This document shows, one piece after another, positions 1 to 8,440 of a stretch of 29,217 bases of DNA. How positions within the stretch are numbered: the first letter of the stretch is position 1; every line of letters begins with the position of its first letter. The translations under genes and the position numbers were made by a program. The stretch is taken from NCBI GenBank assembly GCA_965365725.1, contig CBDUCU010000001.1, positions 1 to 29,217 on the forward strand, given 5' to 3'. The notes under the pieces are model-generated. The model ran no database searches. It was not told the DNA's origin and saw only the letters and a list, made by a program, of their open reading frames with translations. The DNA comes from an uncultured bacterium. Its GTDB lineage: Bacteria; Acidobacteriota; Blastocatellia; Pyrinomonadales; Pyrinomonadaceae.

Positions 1-26
1 CCGCCGGCGCGCAAATCCCTGACCGC

Positions 27-2105
27 TTGGCGCGCTACAGGGAAGAGTTAAACGCCGAGCAATTTGCGGTGGCAACCGCTCCGGCAGGCGCGGCCCTCGT
101 CATCGCCGGCGCGGGGTCGGGCAAGACGCGCGCCATCACTTACCGCGTCGCATACCTTGTCGAGCACGCCGTCTCGCCGCAGCGCATCATGCTGGCGACG
201 TTTACCAACCGCGCTGCGCGCGAGATGCTCCGGCGCGTCGAGCAATTAACAGGCGGCTCAACCGATGTTGCGCGACGAGTCTGGGGCGGAACTTTTCATC
301 GCATCGCCAACCTCATCCTTCGTCGCCACGCCGAATCAATCGGCTACACCGCAAACTACACGATTCTCGATGCGGAAGACGCGCGCGATTTTCTAAACGT
401 CTGCATCGACGAAGCGGGCGTTGACACGCGCGCGCGCCGCTTTCCAAAGGCCGAAGTCCTGCAAGACATCATCAGCTTTGCCACCAACACCGACCGCCCC
501 ATCGAAGACGTCGTCGCGCGCCGTTATCCATACTTTGAGCCTCTGACCGCAGCCGTCAAACAGGTTGACCGCGTCTTTATCGAGCGCAAACGCGAGCGCA
601 ACGTGATGGATTACGACGACCTGCTTCTGAATTGGAAACGCCTCCTGATGGAGCGCGACGAGATTGCGCGGCTTTATCAAGACACGTTCGAGCACATTCT
701 TGTCGATGAGTATCAGGACACAAACAAGTTGCAGGCCGAGATTGTCGATCTGCTGGCGGTGAAACACAAAAACGTGATGGTCGTCGGCGACGATGCGCAA
801 TCGATCTTTGCCTGGCGCGGAGCGGAGTGGACGAACATCTACGAGTTTGAAAAACGCTACGCGGGCGCGCAGGTCTTCCGGCTCGGAACAAACTACCGCT
901 CAACGCCCGAAATTCTCTCGGTCGCAAACGTTTCAATCGCTGCAAACCGTAAACAGTTTCCAAAAACTTTACGCGCCGCGCGTCCTTCGCTCGGCCTACA
1001 GCCCGCGCTTATTCCATGCCGCGACGCAGACCAGCAGGCCGCCTTCACAGCCTCGCGCATACTCGAATTGCGCGACGAAGGCATCTCTCTCAAAGAGACC
1101 GCCGTGCTCTATCGCTCTCATTACCATTCGCTTGAGCTTCAGCTTGAGCTGACGCGACGCGGCATCCCCTATCGCATCCGTAGCGGCGTGCGCTTTTTCG
1201 AGCAGGCCCATATCAAAGACGCTGTCTCTTATCTGCGGCTGACGGTCAACCCGCGCGACGAGCTTGCATGGAAGCGCGTGCTAAAGCTTGTGCCAAACGT
1301 AGGGACGGCAACAGCCAATCGCGTCTGGGAACGCATCGCCTACGCGCCCGACCCGCTTGCGCTGGTTGTGCGCGGCGAAGCAGACCATACGGCCTCGCGT
1401 CGCGGCACGGCATGGACAGAGTTTCGCGCGCTTCTTGAATCGCTTGTTGCAGAAGAGGTGCGCGCAAACCCCGCGCGACAGCTCGAACTCGTGCTTGCGC
1501 GCGGCTACGAAGCCTTGCTCGAATCAAATTACGAGAACGCCGAAGCGCGCATAGAAGATTTGCGGCAGCTCGCTCTTTACGCCGCGCGCTACAGCTCGAC
1601 CGAAGATTTTTTGGCCGAATTAGCGCTGCTCTCAACCGAACGCTACGGCGCGCCGCAACCCTTAACCGCCGAAGACGTCGTCTCGGGCGGCGACGAAGAC
1701 GAACTGCTGACGCTCACCTCCGTGCATCAGGCAAAAGGTCTCGAATGGCGCGCGGTCTTTATCATCTGGGCTTCGGACGGTCGCTTCCCAAGCCCCAAAA
1801 GTTTGCGCGATGCAGAGGGCGAAGAGGAAGAGAGACGGCTCTGGTACGTGGCGCTTACGCGCGCGCGCGACCAGCTCTACATCGCCTATCCGCTTACCGC
1901 CGCCGACCGCAGCCGCATGACCGTGCTCCAACGCCCCTCGCGCTTCATCACAGAAGTTCCGCCCGATCTGTTCGAGGTCTGGAGCCTCGAAGAAGAGAAC
2001 GCGCTCGCCGCCGCATCTTTGAAAAACGCATTGACGGGCGCAAAAGAAGAGAGCAGCGAAGAGCCTCAAGCAGAGACGGACGGCGCAGAAGAGTACGTCA
2101 ACTAA
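27..2105 (+). CDS. UvrD/PcrA/Rep-family (SF1A) ATP-dependent DNA helicase
   Basis: Walker A AGAGSGKT, TFTNRAA, DEYQDTN (motif II), VVGDDAQSIF, NYRS, SVHQAKGLEW, EERRLWYVALTRA. TTG start is near the window edge, so the start is uncertain. Confidence 0.93.
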   Translation: MARYREELNAEQFAVATAPAGAALVIAGAGSGKTRAITYRVAYLVEHAVSPQRIMLATFTNRAAREMLRRVEQLTGGSTDVARRVWGGTFHRIANLILRRHAESIGYTANYTILDAEDARDFLNVCIDEAGVDTRARRFPKAEVLQDIISFATNTDRPIEDVVARRYPYFEPLTAAVKQVDRVFIERKRERNVMDYDDLLLNWKRLLMERDEIARLYQDTFEHILVDEYQDTNKLQAEIVDLLAVKHKNVMVVGDDAQSIFAWRGAEWTNIYEFEKRYAGAQVFRLGTNYRSTPEILSVANVSIAANRKQFPKTLRAARPSLGLQPALIPCRDADQQAAFTASRILELRDEGISLKETAVLYRSHYHSLELQLELTRRGIPYRIRSGVRFFEQAHIKDAVSYLRLTVNPRDELAWKRVLKLVPNVGTATANRVWERIAYAPDPLALVVRGEADHTASRRGTAWTEFRALLESLVAEEVRANPARQLELVLARGYEALLESNYENAEARIEDLRQLALYAARYSSTEDFLAELALLSTERYGAPQPLTAEDVVSGGDEDELLTLTSVHQAKGLEWRAVFIIWASDGRFPSPKSLRDAEGEEEERRLWYVALTRARDQLYIAYPLTAADRSRMTVLQRPSRFITEVPPDLFEVWSLEEENALAAASLKNALTGAKEESSEEPQAETDGAEEYVN

Positions 2106-2142
2106 AGATCAGGATTTACACACAAAGACGAGGCCATAATCT

Positions 2143-2841
2143 TTGACCGAACGCGACGCAACGCACACCGACCGCACGCTCACGGTAGAGACAAAGCTTT
2201 ACTACGATCTTTTCGTCCCCAACGCACACGCACCTGCGCCGCTTCTGATTGCGCTGCACGGCTATGGCAGCAACAAAGCGCGCATGATGCGCGATGCGCG
2301 CGCCTGCGCGCCCGAAGGTTTCGCCGTCGCTTCGTTGCAAGGCCCGCATCAACACCTCAAAGAAGCGCGCGAGCCGGGCGGCCCGCTCCGCTATGGCTTC
2401 GGCTGGCTGACAAACTTTCATCCGGAAGACTCTGTTGCCACGCATCACCGCGCACTCCTTGACCTGAGCGACGCTCTCATCAAACAACGCGTCGCGCGCC
2501 GCGAAGCAATCTTTCTTCTTGGATTTTCGCAAACCTCCGCGCTCAACTTTCGCTTCGCCTTTACACACACTGAAGTTCTGCGCGGCTGCATTTGCGTATG
2601 CGGCGGGCTTCCCGGCGATTGGCATACAAGCGAACTGTATAAACCTACACGGGCTTCAATTCTTTATCTTCACGGCACGCGCGACGAGTTTTATCCGCCC
2701 GCGCGCGTCGCTGATTATGCAGACCAATTGCACACACGCGCCGATGATGTCGAGATAAAATCTTACGACGCAGGGCACGAGATGACGGATGCGATGCACA
2801 GAGACATCCGTGCCTGGCTTGCCGCCCGCGCGCACGTCTGA
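2143..2841 (+). CDS. Alpha/beta-hydrolase (phospholipase/carboxylesterase-like)
   Basis: LHGYG oxyanion motif, GFSQT nucleophile elbow, HGTRDEF acid and GHE histidine give a Ser-Asp-His triad. TTG start with GAGG upstream. Confidence 0.8.
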   Translation: MTERDATHTDRTLTVETKLYYDLFVPNAHAPAPLLIALHGYGSNKARMMRDARACAPEGFAVASLQGPHQHLKEAREPGGPLRYGFGWLTNFHPEDSVATHHRALLDLSDALIKQRVARREAIFLLGFSQTSALNFRFAFTHTEVLRGCICVCGGLPGDWHTSELYKPTRASILYLHGTRDEFYPPARVADYADQLHTRADDVEIKSYDAGHEMTDAMHRDIRAWLAARAHV

Positions 2842-2880
2842 TCTGCTCTTTTCGCCCGCGTTTGTGAAAGGCAAAAAAAG

Positions 2881-3348
2881 ATGGAACGTCGTCCCGCATT
2901 TCTCTTTTCAATTATGATTTGCTTGCTTACGTTCGGAGGTTGCACGAACGTCTCTGAGGTGTCGAACGAAGAAGGCAAGCGCAATATCGCCGCCGTGCGC
3001 CAAGTCATTGAGGAGCAGGCTGCCGGATGGAATCGCGGCGACGTGGAAGGCTATATGAACGGCTACGCGCGCGAGGACGCAACCACTTTCGTCTCCGGCG
3101 ACACAATCACGCGCGGCTGGACGACGGTGCTTGAGCGTTACAAAAAATCCTACGACACACGCGACAAGATGGGCGCGCTCGAATTCTCAGAGCTTGAATT
3201 CAAACCTCTCAGCCCCTTCTACATCATGGCGACGGGCCGCTGGAAACTAACGCGCACAGCCGACGCTCCGCACGGGCGCTTTACACTCATCTTCCGGCGC
3301 ACCAACGACGGCTGGCGCATCATCCACGATCACACCTCGTCGGGATAA
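2881..3348 (+). CDS. NTF2/SnoaL-like (DUF4440-type) protein, probable lipoprotein
   Basis: Hydrophobic N-terminus ending FGGC (lipobox-like); [17 protein letters not shown] and GRFTLIFRR...WRIIHDHTS are typical of this family. Confidence 0.75.
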   Translation: MERRPAFLFSIMICLLTFGGCTNVSEVSNEEGKRNIAAVRQVIEEQAAGWNRGDVEGYMNGYAREDATTFVSGDTITRGWTTVLERYKKSYDTRDKMGALEFSELEFKPLSPFYIMATGRWKLTRTADAPHGRFTLIFRRTNDGWRIIHDHTSSG

Positions 3349-3473
3349 AGTCGTGAGTCTGGAGTCGAGAGTCAAAGTAAAGAGGGCGAAAACTTTTGTC
3401 GATGCTGAGAACAAGTCAATGAGCAATGAATCACAAACAATGACTCCAGACTCCAGACTCCAGACTCCAGACT
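3347..3473. repeat. Inverted pair of period-7 arrays: AGTC at 3349/3356/3363/3370 and (GACTCCA)x4+GACT at 3442-3473
   Basis: Read directly. TGAGTCTGGAGTC (3354-3366) is 12/13 complementary to the right array. Confidence 0.85.
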
Positions 3474-4762
3474 TGTTCATTTATAACTGCGCGCAACTCG
3501 TCACGCTTCGCGGCCCGCGCCGTCCGCGTGTGGGGGCGGAGATGCGGGAGCTTTCGATTGTTGAAGACGGAGCGATGTTTGTCAGCGACGGTCTCATCAA
3601 ACGCGTCGGCACGCGCGCGGAGGTTGCGCAGCATGTTGGGCCGCAGGCGGAAGCGTTTGACGCGGGCGGTCGCATTGTTGCGCCGGGTTTTGTTGATGCG
3701 CATGCGCATCCGGTCTTTGCGGGAAATCGTGCGGACGAATTTGAGAGGCGCGCTCTGGGAGCGACCTATCAGGAGATTGCGGCGGCGGGCGGCGGGATTC
3801 GCTCGACCGTCAGACGCACGCGCGCGGCCCTGGAAGATGAACTTGTCGCGGCGGGGAAGAGAAGGGCGGAGTGGTTTCTGCGCACGGGGACGACGACCGT
3901 CGAAGCCAAATCCGGGTACGGGCTGACGACCGAAGACGAGTTGAAGATTCTGCACGCGGTCAAGCGGTTGAATGATGAGACTCCACTAAAATTTGTGCCG
4001 ACCTTTCTCGGCGCGCACGACGTGCCGGAAGAGTTTCGCGCGCGGCGGGAGGATTACGTTCATCTCGTCACGGAAGAGATGCTGCCGCGCGTCGTCGCCG
4101 AAGGACTTGCAGAGTTTTGCGACGTGTTCTGTGAAGAGCGAGTCTTTACGGTTGATGAGACGCGAAAGATTATGACGGCGGCGCGCAGGCAAGGCTTGGG
4201 TTTGCGTCTGCACGCAGACCAACTCACGCTTGGCGGCGGCGCACAGTTGGCTGCGGAGTTGCGTGCAAAGACGGCTGACCATCTTGAGCACACGGATGCG
4301 GCAGGCATCGAAGCCTTAAAACGTGCGGGCGTGCAGCCGATTCTTCTGCCCGGCTCGGTCTATGCACTCGGCTCTGTGCGTTACCCTTCGGCGCGCGCGA
4401 TGATCGACGCGGGGCTTGCCGTCGTCATCGCAACGGATTTCAATCCGGGTTCGTCGCCCACGCCGTCGATGACGATGGCGCTTTCAATCGCTTCGACGCA
4501 GATGAAGATGTCGCCCGCCGAAGCTTTGACGGCAGCCACCGTCAACGCCGCTCACAGCCTTAATCGCGGCCACGAAACGGGAATGCTTGCAGAGCGAATG
4601 CGAGCGGATTTCGTCGTCCACGATTGCGAAGATTACCGCGAGCTTGCCTACTTTTTCGGCATCGAGCACGCGCACGCAACCTTCGTCGGAGGCCGCCTCG
4701 TTTATCTACGCGGAAGCGGCAACGAGGTTAAAGTGAATCCACAAGATAGTGTGCAAAAATAA
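3440..4762 (+). CDS. hutI: Imidazolonepropionase
   Basis: [42 protein letters not shown]. In-frame start options are ATG 3419, ATG 3440 and TTG 3473; the track start at 3353 lies in a repeat. Confidence 0.92.
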   Translation: MTPDSRLQTPDLFIYNCAQLVTLRGPRRPRVGAEMRELSIVEDGAMFVSDGLIKRVGTRAEVAQHVGPQAEAFDAGGRIVAPGFVDAHAHPVFAGNRADEFERRALGATYQEIAAAGGGIRSTVRRTRAALEDELVAAGKRRAEWFLRTGTTTVEAKSGYGLTTEDELKILHAVKRLNDETPLKFVPTFLGAHDVPEEFRARREDYVHLVTEEMLPRVVAEGLAEFCDVFCEERVFTVDETRKIMTAARRQGLGLRLHADQLTLGGGAQLAAELRAKTADHLEHTDAAGIEALKRAGVQPILLPGSVYALGSVRYPSARAMIDAGLAVVIATDFNPGSSPTPSMTMALSIASTQMKMSPAEALTAATVNAAHSLNRGHETGMLAERMRADFVVHDCEDYRELAYFFGIEHAHATFVGGRLVYLRGSGNEVKVNPQDSVQK

Positions 4763-4765
4763 TTG

Positions 4766-4794
4766 TTGACGCACAATTTGTTGTCGTCTATATT
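4766..4794 (+). promoter_or_regulatory. Sigma70-type promoter TTGACG-N17-TATATT; predicted start site near 4801
   Basis: -35 at 4766-4771 and -10 at 4789-4794 with an exact 17-nt spacer, directly after the hutI stop. Confidence 0.75.
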
Positions 4795-4831
4795 GCGCGC
4801 TAACACTGGAAAGGAGGTGATCCAAAAACGT

Positions 4832-4867
4832 ATGAGTTCTTATCACAGTGAGGTGGCTGAGGCCTGA
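4832..4867 (+). CDS. 11-aa micro-ORF MSSYHSEVAEA
   Basis: ATG 4832 to TGA 4865-4867, preceded by a 16-nt SD-like complement of the 16S tail. Translation is unproven. Confidence 0.45.
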   Translation: MSSYHSEVAEA

Positions 4868-4977
4868 AAAGCTTCGGACGACCGGGTCAGAACATCTGTT
4901 TGCGACTGCTGTCCGAAGCAGCGACCCACTAAAAGAAATTGTGAGCGGTCGGGAAGGCTAATCCCATCAGTTCACCG

Positions 4978-5016
4978 AGAAGGCCCGCTTGAATAAGGCG
5001 GGCCTTCTTCTTTTCT
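4978..5016 (+). terminator. Intrinsic terminator
   Basis: AGAAGGCCCGC (4978-4988) / GCGGGCCTTCT (4998-5008) perfect 11-bp stem, followed by TCTTTTCT. Confidence 0.85.
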
Positions 5017-5042
5017 AATCAACTCCAGTCAACGCGATTAGA

Positions 5043-5103
5043 AACAGCGATGAGCGGCGGGTCAATCAGTGCGCGACCGTCAAATCCGCGTTCATCGCTG
5101 TTC
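5043..5103. repeat. Inverted repeat carrying TCATCG/CGATGA heptamer-family units, 3' of the ECF gene
   Basis: AACAGCGATGA (5043-5053) / TCATCGCTGTT (5093-5103), 11 bp perfect. The unit TCCGCGT-TCATCG also occurs at 20236-20248. Confidence 0.65.
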
Positions 5104-5143
5104 TCGCTTTTTTAGCATCCATCTACGCCAACTGCGCAAAATG

Positions 5144-5758
5144 CTAACGCCGCTTGATTAGTTTGCGCAGCTTGAGACGCGCCTTGTGGAGCTGAGATTT
5201 CGAGGTGCCGACGGCTAAGCCGAGCATCTTTGCGATCTCTTCGTGCTGGTAGCCTTCAACATCGTGAAGGATAAAGATGGTGCGGTAGCCTACCGGCAGT
5301 TCAGCGATGGCCTTGTCTAGTGCGATGCGGTCGACGACAGGCATTCGCGCGGGGTTCTCGGTTCCATCGACGATGCGCGTCGGAGTCTGATCGTCAACGG
5401 CGGTCATTTCGGGCCGCGCGCTCTTTTTACGAAAATGCATCAAGACCTGATTAACGGTCATGCGGTGTAGCCATGTTGTAAACTGTGAATCTCCTCGAAA
5501 AGAGCCGACCTTGCGATAAAGCTGGATAAAGACTTCCTGTGCTAAATCTTCGGCTTCGGCGACGTTTTGCGTCATCCGCAGACAGAGTGAATAGACGCGA
5601 CGGTTATGTCGCTCGTATAACTCTTCAAAAGCACTCATGTCGCCGCAAGCGGCCCTCTGTGTCAGCTCGTAGTCGGTGCATTTTGCAGGTTGCTTGAATG
5701 CTTCTGCGCTTTCAACCGTCGCTGTAGGCCAGATTGTCAAAGCTTCGGTATTGATCAT
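5144..5758 (-). CDS. ECF sigma factor with no adjacent anti-sigma
   Basis: Region 2 ([35 protein letters not shown]) and region 4 ([31 protein letters not shown]). ATG 5758 preferred; 5815 possible. Confidence 0.92.
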   Translation of the reverse strand: MINTEALTIWPTATVESAEAFKQPAKCTDYELTQRAACGDMSAFEELYERHNRRVYSLCLRMTQNVAEAEDLAQEVFIQLYRKVGSFRGDSQFTTWLHRMTVNQVLMHFRKKSARPEMTAVDDQTPTRIVDGTENPARMPVVDRIALDKAIAELPVGYRTIFILHDVEGYQHEEIAKMLGLAVGTSKSQLHKARLKLRKLIKRR

Positions 5759-5939
5759 CTTTGCTTTACGGCCTTTGGGCCGCCCCCTTGTGCTGAAGCG
5801 CGCGAGCGGAGACAAAAGTCATTCTCCTCATCGCGCCTTTTTTGTAACGCCTTCCGTCTTTGTTAGCCGCCAAAAATTGCGACCTGCTTTCTCAACGCTC
5901 GCGCGCCGCATGCCTGTCGCCCCATCCACTATTACTTAC

Positions 5940-5967
5940 AGACACCGGAAGCGACGCGTCGGTTACA
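5940..5967 (-). promoter_or_regulatory. ECF-type promoter TGTAAC-N17-TGTCT facing the orphan ECF gene
   Basis: Minus strand: TGTAAC 5967-5962, 17 nt, TGTCT 5944-5940. Fits the general ECF AAC/(C)GTC pattern. Confidence 0.6.
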
Positions 5968-6009
5968 CACGCACGAAGGCTATTTTTTGTTGAAATAGGG
6001 GCTTGCGTC

Positions 6010-6037
6010 TGTAACGCATCGGTGGCCGTTGGTGTCT
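6010..6037 (+). promoter_or_regulatory. ECF-type promoter TGTAAC-N17-TGTCT facing the spy-sigma-antisigma operon
   Basis: TGTAAC 6010-6015, 17 nt, TGTCT 6033-6037. Boxes and spacing are identical to the divergent copy. Confidence 0.62.
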
Positions 6038-6137
6038 GAGAAGTTAGGAGCTTGAAAGAAGAGACTCTCGCAAGCTTTTTAACAAAGTGGACTCTTCCCC
6101 ACGCAATCAAGGTACACTCGAAGGAGCAAAAGCAAAG

Positions 6138-6689
6138 ATGAAAAGAATCGGGAAGATCAGAAATCTGGCGGTCGCATCAATCGCGGCTGTCGCGTTTGCC
6201 GCACCCGCCGCTTTGGCGCAGACGGGGCAGCACAATCAACAGTCTCCGCATACGGAACAGCACGGCGAGGGCAAAGCTCATCGCGGGCATCGGGGCAAAC
6301 ATCGGCGCGGCTTTGGCAGACACGGCTTTGGTCTGCGCAGCCTTAATTTGACTGACGACCAAAAGACACGCATAAAGCAGATTCGTGAGACCCATCGCGA
6401 GCGCACAAAACCTCTGCGCGAGCAGTTGCGCGCAAAGCGAGCAGAACTTCGTCAGGTCAAACAGGGTGGCACGTTCAACGAGCAGTTGGCCGCGCAGAAG
6501 CTGACGGAGAGCGCAGGACTCAAGGCCAAGCTGATGGGCGAGCGCTTTAGACTCCGGCAGGAGATGCTGGCGGTTCTTACGCCCGAGCAACGCACGCAGC
6601 TTGAACAACAGCGCGAGCAGTTCAAACAAAGACGCGAGCAGTTTAAGATGCGTCGCGGCGAGCGTCGCGGGAGCGGCGCGGCGCTGTAA
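6138..6689 (+). CDS. Spy/CpxP-family (LTXXQ) periplasmic chaperone with His-rich linker
   Basis: Signal peptide (AxA), LNLTDDQ and LTPEQ motifs, AAGGAG at 6121. Confidence 0.85.
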   Translation: MKRIGKIRNLAVASIAAVAFAAPAALAQTGQHNQQSPHTEQHGEGKAHRGHRGKHRRGFGRHGFGLRSLNLTDDQKTRIKQIRETHRERTKPLREQLRAKRAELRQVKQGGTFNEQLAAQKLTESAGLKAKLMGERFRLRQEMLAVLTPEQRTQLEQQREQFKQRREQFKMRRGERRGSGAAL

Positions 6690-6700
6690 ACTTAAACCAT

Positions 6701-6753
6701 GCGCGGCGGCAGACTTCTCTATACGAGACGGTAAGACGAGTCTGCCGCGCGCA
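6701..6753. other. Long imperfect hairpin between spy and the ECF gene
   Basis: GCGCGGCGGCAGACT ... AGTCTGCCGCGCGC, about 14-15 bp with one bulge and no U-tract. Possible mRNA stabiliser or attenuator. Confidence 0.45.
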
Positions 6754-6790
6754 AACATCTGCGGGGTGCGCCGAACTGCGGCAAGAGGAA

Positions 6791-7411
6791 TTGCAAAAAG
6801 CCTCGGATGCGGAGCTGGCGGGCCTTGCGCGCGAGGGCGACGAGTCTGCCTTCGCAGAGATCATGCGTCGCTACGGGCCGCGCGTCTTTCGCACGGCGGG
6901 CCGGTTCTTCCGGCAGCGCGAGCGCGTGGAAGAGGCCGCACAGGAAGTTTTTTTGAAAGCTTTCACTGAGCTTGAATCTTTCGAGGGGCGCGGCTCGCTC
7001 GAAGGCTGGCTGACGCGCATCGCTACCAACACCTGCCTAAACATCGTTCGCAGCGCCAAGCGACGACCGGAGATGACAATCTCGGATTTAACCGAAGACG
7101 AAGGTGCGTGGCTTGAAAATCAGACGGCAAATGCGGCGGCGGAAAAACATAGAGCGGCGGAGCGAAGCGCTGTCGCGGCAGATTTGGCGGGGCGCGTGCT
7201 TGAGACTTTGTCGGCTGACGATAGACTGGTCTTAACTTTAGTCGATGGAGAGGAAACGCCCGTCAAGGAAGTGGCAGAGATGACGGGCTGGTCTGAATCG
7301 AAAGTAAAGGTGCAGGCCTTTCGCGCGCGAAGGCGCATGCGCAAGGCCGTTGAGAAGCTTTTAGGATTGAAAGAAGGATCTGCGCAGACACAAACGCCAG
7401 GCACGGAGTAA
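6791..7411 (+). CDS. ECF sigma factor (SigW/RpoE-like)
   Basis: EEAAQEVFLKAF, SLEGWLTRIATN, region 4 EVAEMTGWSESKVKVQAFRAR. TTG start with AGAGGA upstream. Confidence 0.9.
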   Translation: MQKASDAELAGLAREGDESAFAEIMRRYGPRVFRTAGRFFRQRERVEEAAQEVFLKAFTELESFEGRGSLEGWLTRIATNTCLNIVRSAKRRPEMTISDLTEDEGAWLENQTANAAAEKHRAAERSAVAADLAGRVLETLSADDRLVLTLVDGEETPVKEVAEMTGWSESKVKVQAFRARRRMRKAVEKLLGLKEGSAQTQTPGTE

Positions 7412-7414
7412 GCG

Positions 7415-7918
7415 ATGAAGGGCGAACACATCATCGACATCCTTGAAAGCGACGCGCTCGCAAATTTAAGCGAGCGCGAGCTTGCGCGTGTGCGAGCACA
7501 TGCTGCGAAGTGCAGCGAGTGTCGGCGCGCGTTTGATGCGGCTCGCGTTGCATCGTTACTAATCAAAGAGCGCGCCGCCGAATCACATTTTGCGCCTTCG
7601 CCATTTTTTCAGACGCGCGTGCTGGCCGCGCTCAGAGAGAGACGCGCGAGCGAAGATGCACCCGCGTGGCGCAGGCTCTGGCGCGCTACCGGCGCGCTCG
7701 TCTATTCGATGGCGGCGGTCGTCGTGATGTTGACCGGATTAACACTTGTCGCGCCGCAATCGACAACGGAAATTTCGGATGCGTCCGAACCGTTCTCGAC
7801 CGAAGCCGTTTTGCTCGAACAAGCAGAGCTTTCGGAGGATGACGCGAATTTCGACGATGTCTTCTCAACCGTTTATGAAGCGGGAGACGCGGAGAGTGAG
7901 AATGGACAAGATCGTTAG
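7415..7918 (+). CDS. Membrane-bound ZAS-type anti-sigma factor
   Basis: HxxxCxxC (HAAKCSEC) near the N-terminus, one TM helix, acidic C-terminus; 3 nt after the sigma gene. Confidence 0.82.
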   Translation: MKGEHIIDILESDALANLSERELARVRAHAAKCSECRRAFDAARVASLLIKERAAESHFAPSPFFQTRVLAALRERRASEDAPAWRRLWRATGALVYSMAAVVVMLTGLTLVAPQSTTEISDASEPFSTEAVLLEQAELSEDDANFDDVFSTVYEAGDAESENGQDR

Positions 7919-8315
7919 AAACAAATGGCAGGTGCGCGTCGCCGCGCTCGCGGTCTTTCTGCTCGGATTTACGGCAGGCGCGCTCGCGCTCAATGCATAT
8001 CGTTCATGGGCGAGAGACGACAGTATAGTGCGCGCTCCGCGTCACAAAAACTTTGAGCGGATGCTTGAACGCCTCGATTTGACGAGCGAGCAGGAAGCGC
8101 AGGTTCGACAGATTCTTTCCGACACGCGTAAGCAGGTGCGCGCCATGCACAAAGAGTCTGAACCGCGTTTTGAAGAGGTTCGCCGGCAGACGGACGAGCG
8201 CCTGCGCGCGGTGCTCAATGCCGAACAGTGGGAGCGATTTCAGCAGATGAAAGAAGAGATGCGCGCTCGCAAAGCCGGTAAACGTCGCGGCCCGCCGCCG
8301 GTTGAGGAACGTTAA
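7902..8315 (+). CDS. Spy/CpxP/ZraP-like periplasmic sensor or chaperone
   Basis: N-terminal TM/signal, LDLTSEQ and VLNAEQ motifs; overlaps the anti-sigma stop. Confidence 0.78.
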   Translation: MDKIVRNKWQVRVAALAVFLLGFTAGALALNAYRSWARDDSIVRAPRHKNFERMLERLDLTSEQEAQVRQILSDTRKQVRAMHKESEPRFEEVRRQTDERLRAVLNAEQWERFQQMKEEMRARKAGKRRGPPPVEER

Positions 8316-8344
8316 ATCATCCGCGCCGAGAGATGTCTTTACGC

Positions 8345-8380
8345 GCCCGCGTCGTTAACAGAAAACGACGCGGGTGTTTT
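8345..8380 (+). terminator. Intrinsic terminator of the ECF operon
   Basis: CCCGCGTCGTT / AACGACGCGGG stem followed by TGTTTT. Confidence 0.75.
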
Positions 8381-8440
8381 ATCATGTCGGCATTCTTCTC
8401 CCACAGGCTATCTAACGACACACACAAACGGATGGTTGCC

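Larger units (their letters stand above)
4801..5016 (+). ncRNA. Putative stand-alone small RNA / micro-ORF transcript of unknown family
   Basis: Own promoter and terminator; GAAAGGAGGTGATCCA at 4809-4824; stems 4871-4879/4911-4919 (9 bp perfect), 4922-4929/4941-4951 and 4951-4954/4962-4965. Confidence 0.6.

Noticed and set aside
27-2105. UvrD-like helicase as part of an anti-phage system
   Set aside because: No nuclease, ATPase or TOPRIM partner; neighbours are metabolic; it looks like a housekeeping SF1A helicase.
4809-4824. Fragment of a 16S rRNA gene on the minus strand
   Set aside because: The match stops after 16 nt; a real 16S reverse complement would continue GCCGCA/GGTTC..., but here it continues AAAACGTATG.
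4801-5016. Type I toxin-antitoxin locus, tmRNA, 6S RNA, riboswitch or ribozyme
   Set aside because: The peptide is polar, not a hydrophobic toxin. There is no tRNA-like end, the 5' and 3' ends do not form a 6S-like rod by eye, no downstream gene exists for a riboswitch, and I recognised no catalytic core. A covariance search is still needed.
5843-5870. Third TGTAAC box as an ECF promoter
   Set aside because: No GTC/TGTCT -10 at 16-17 nt spacing, and it points away from the nearest start.
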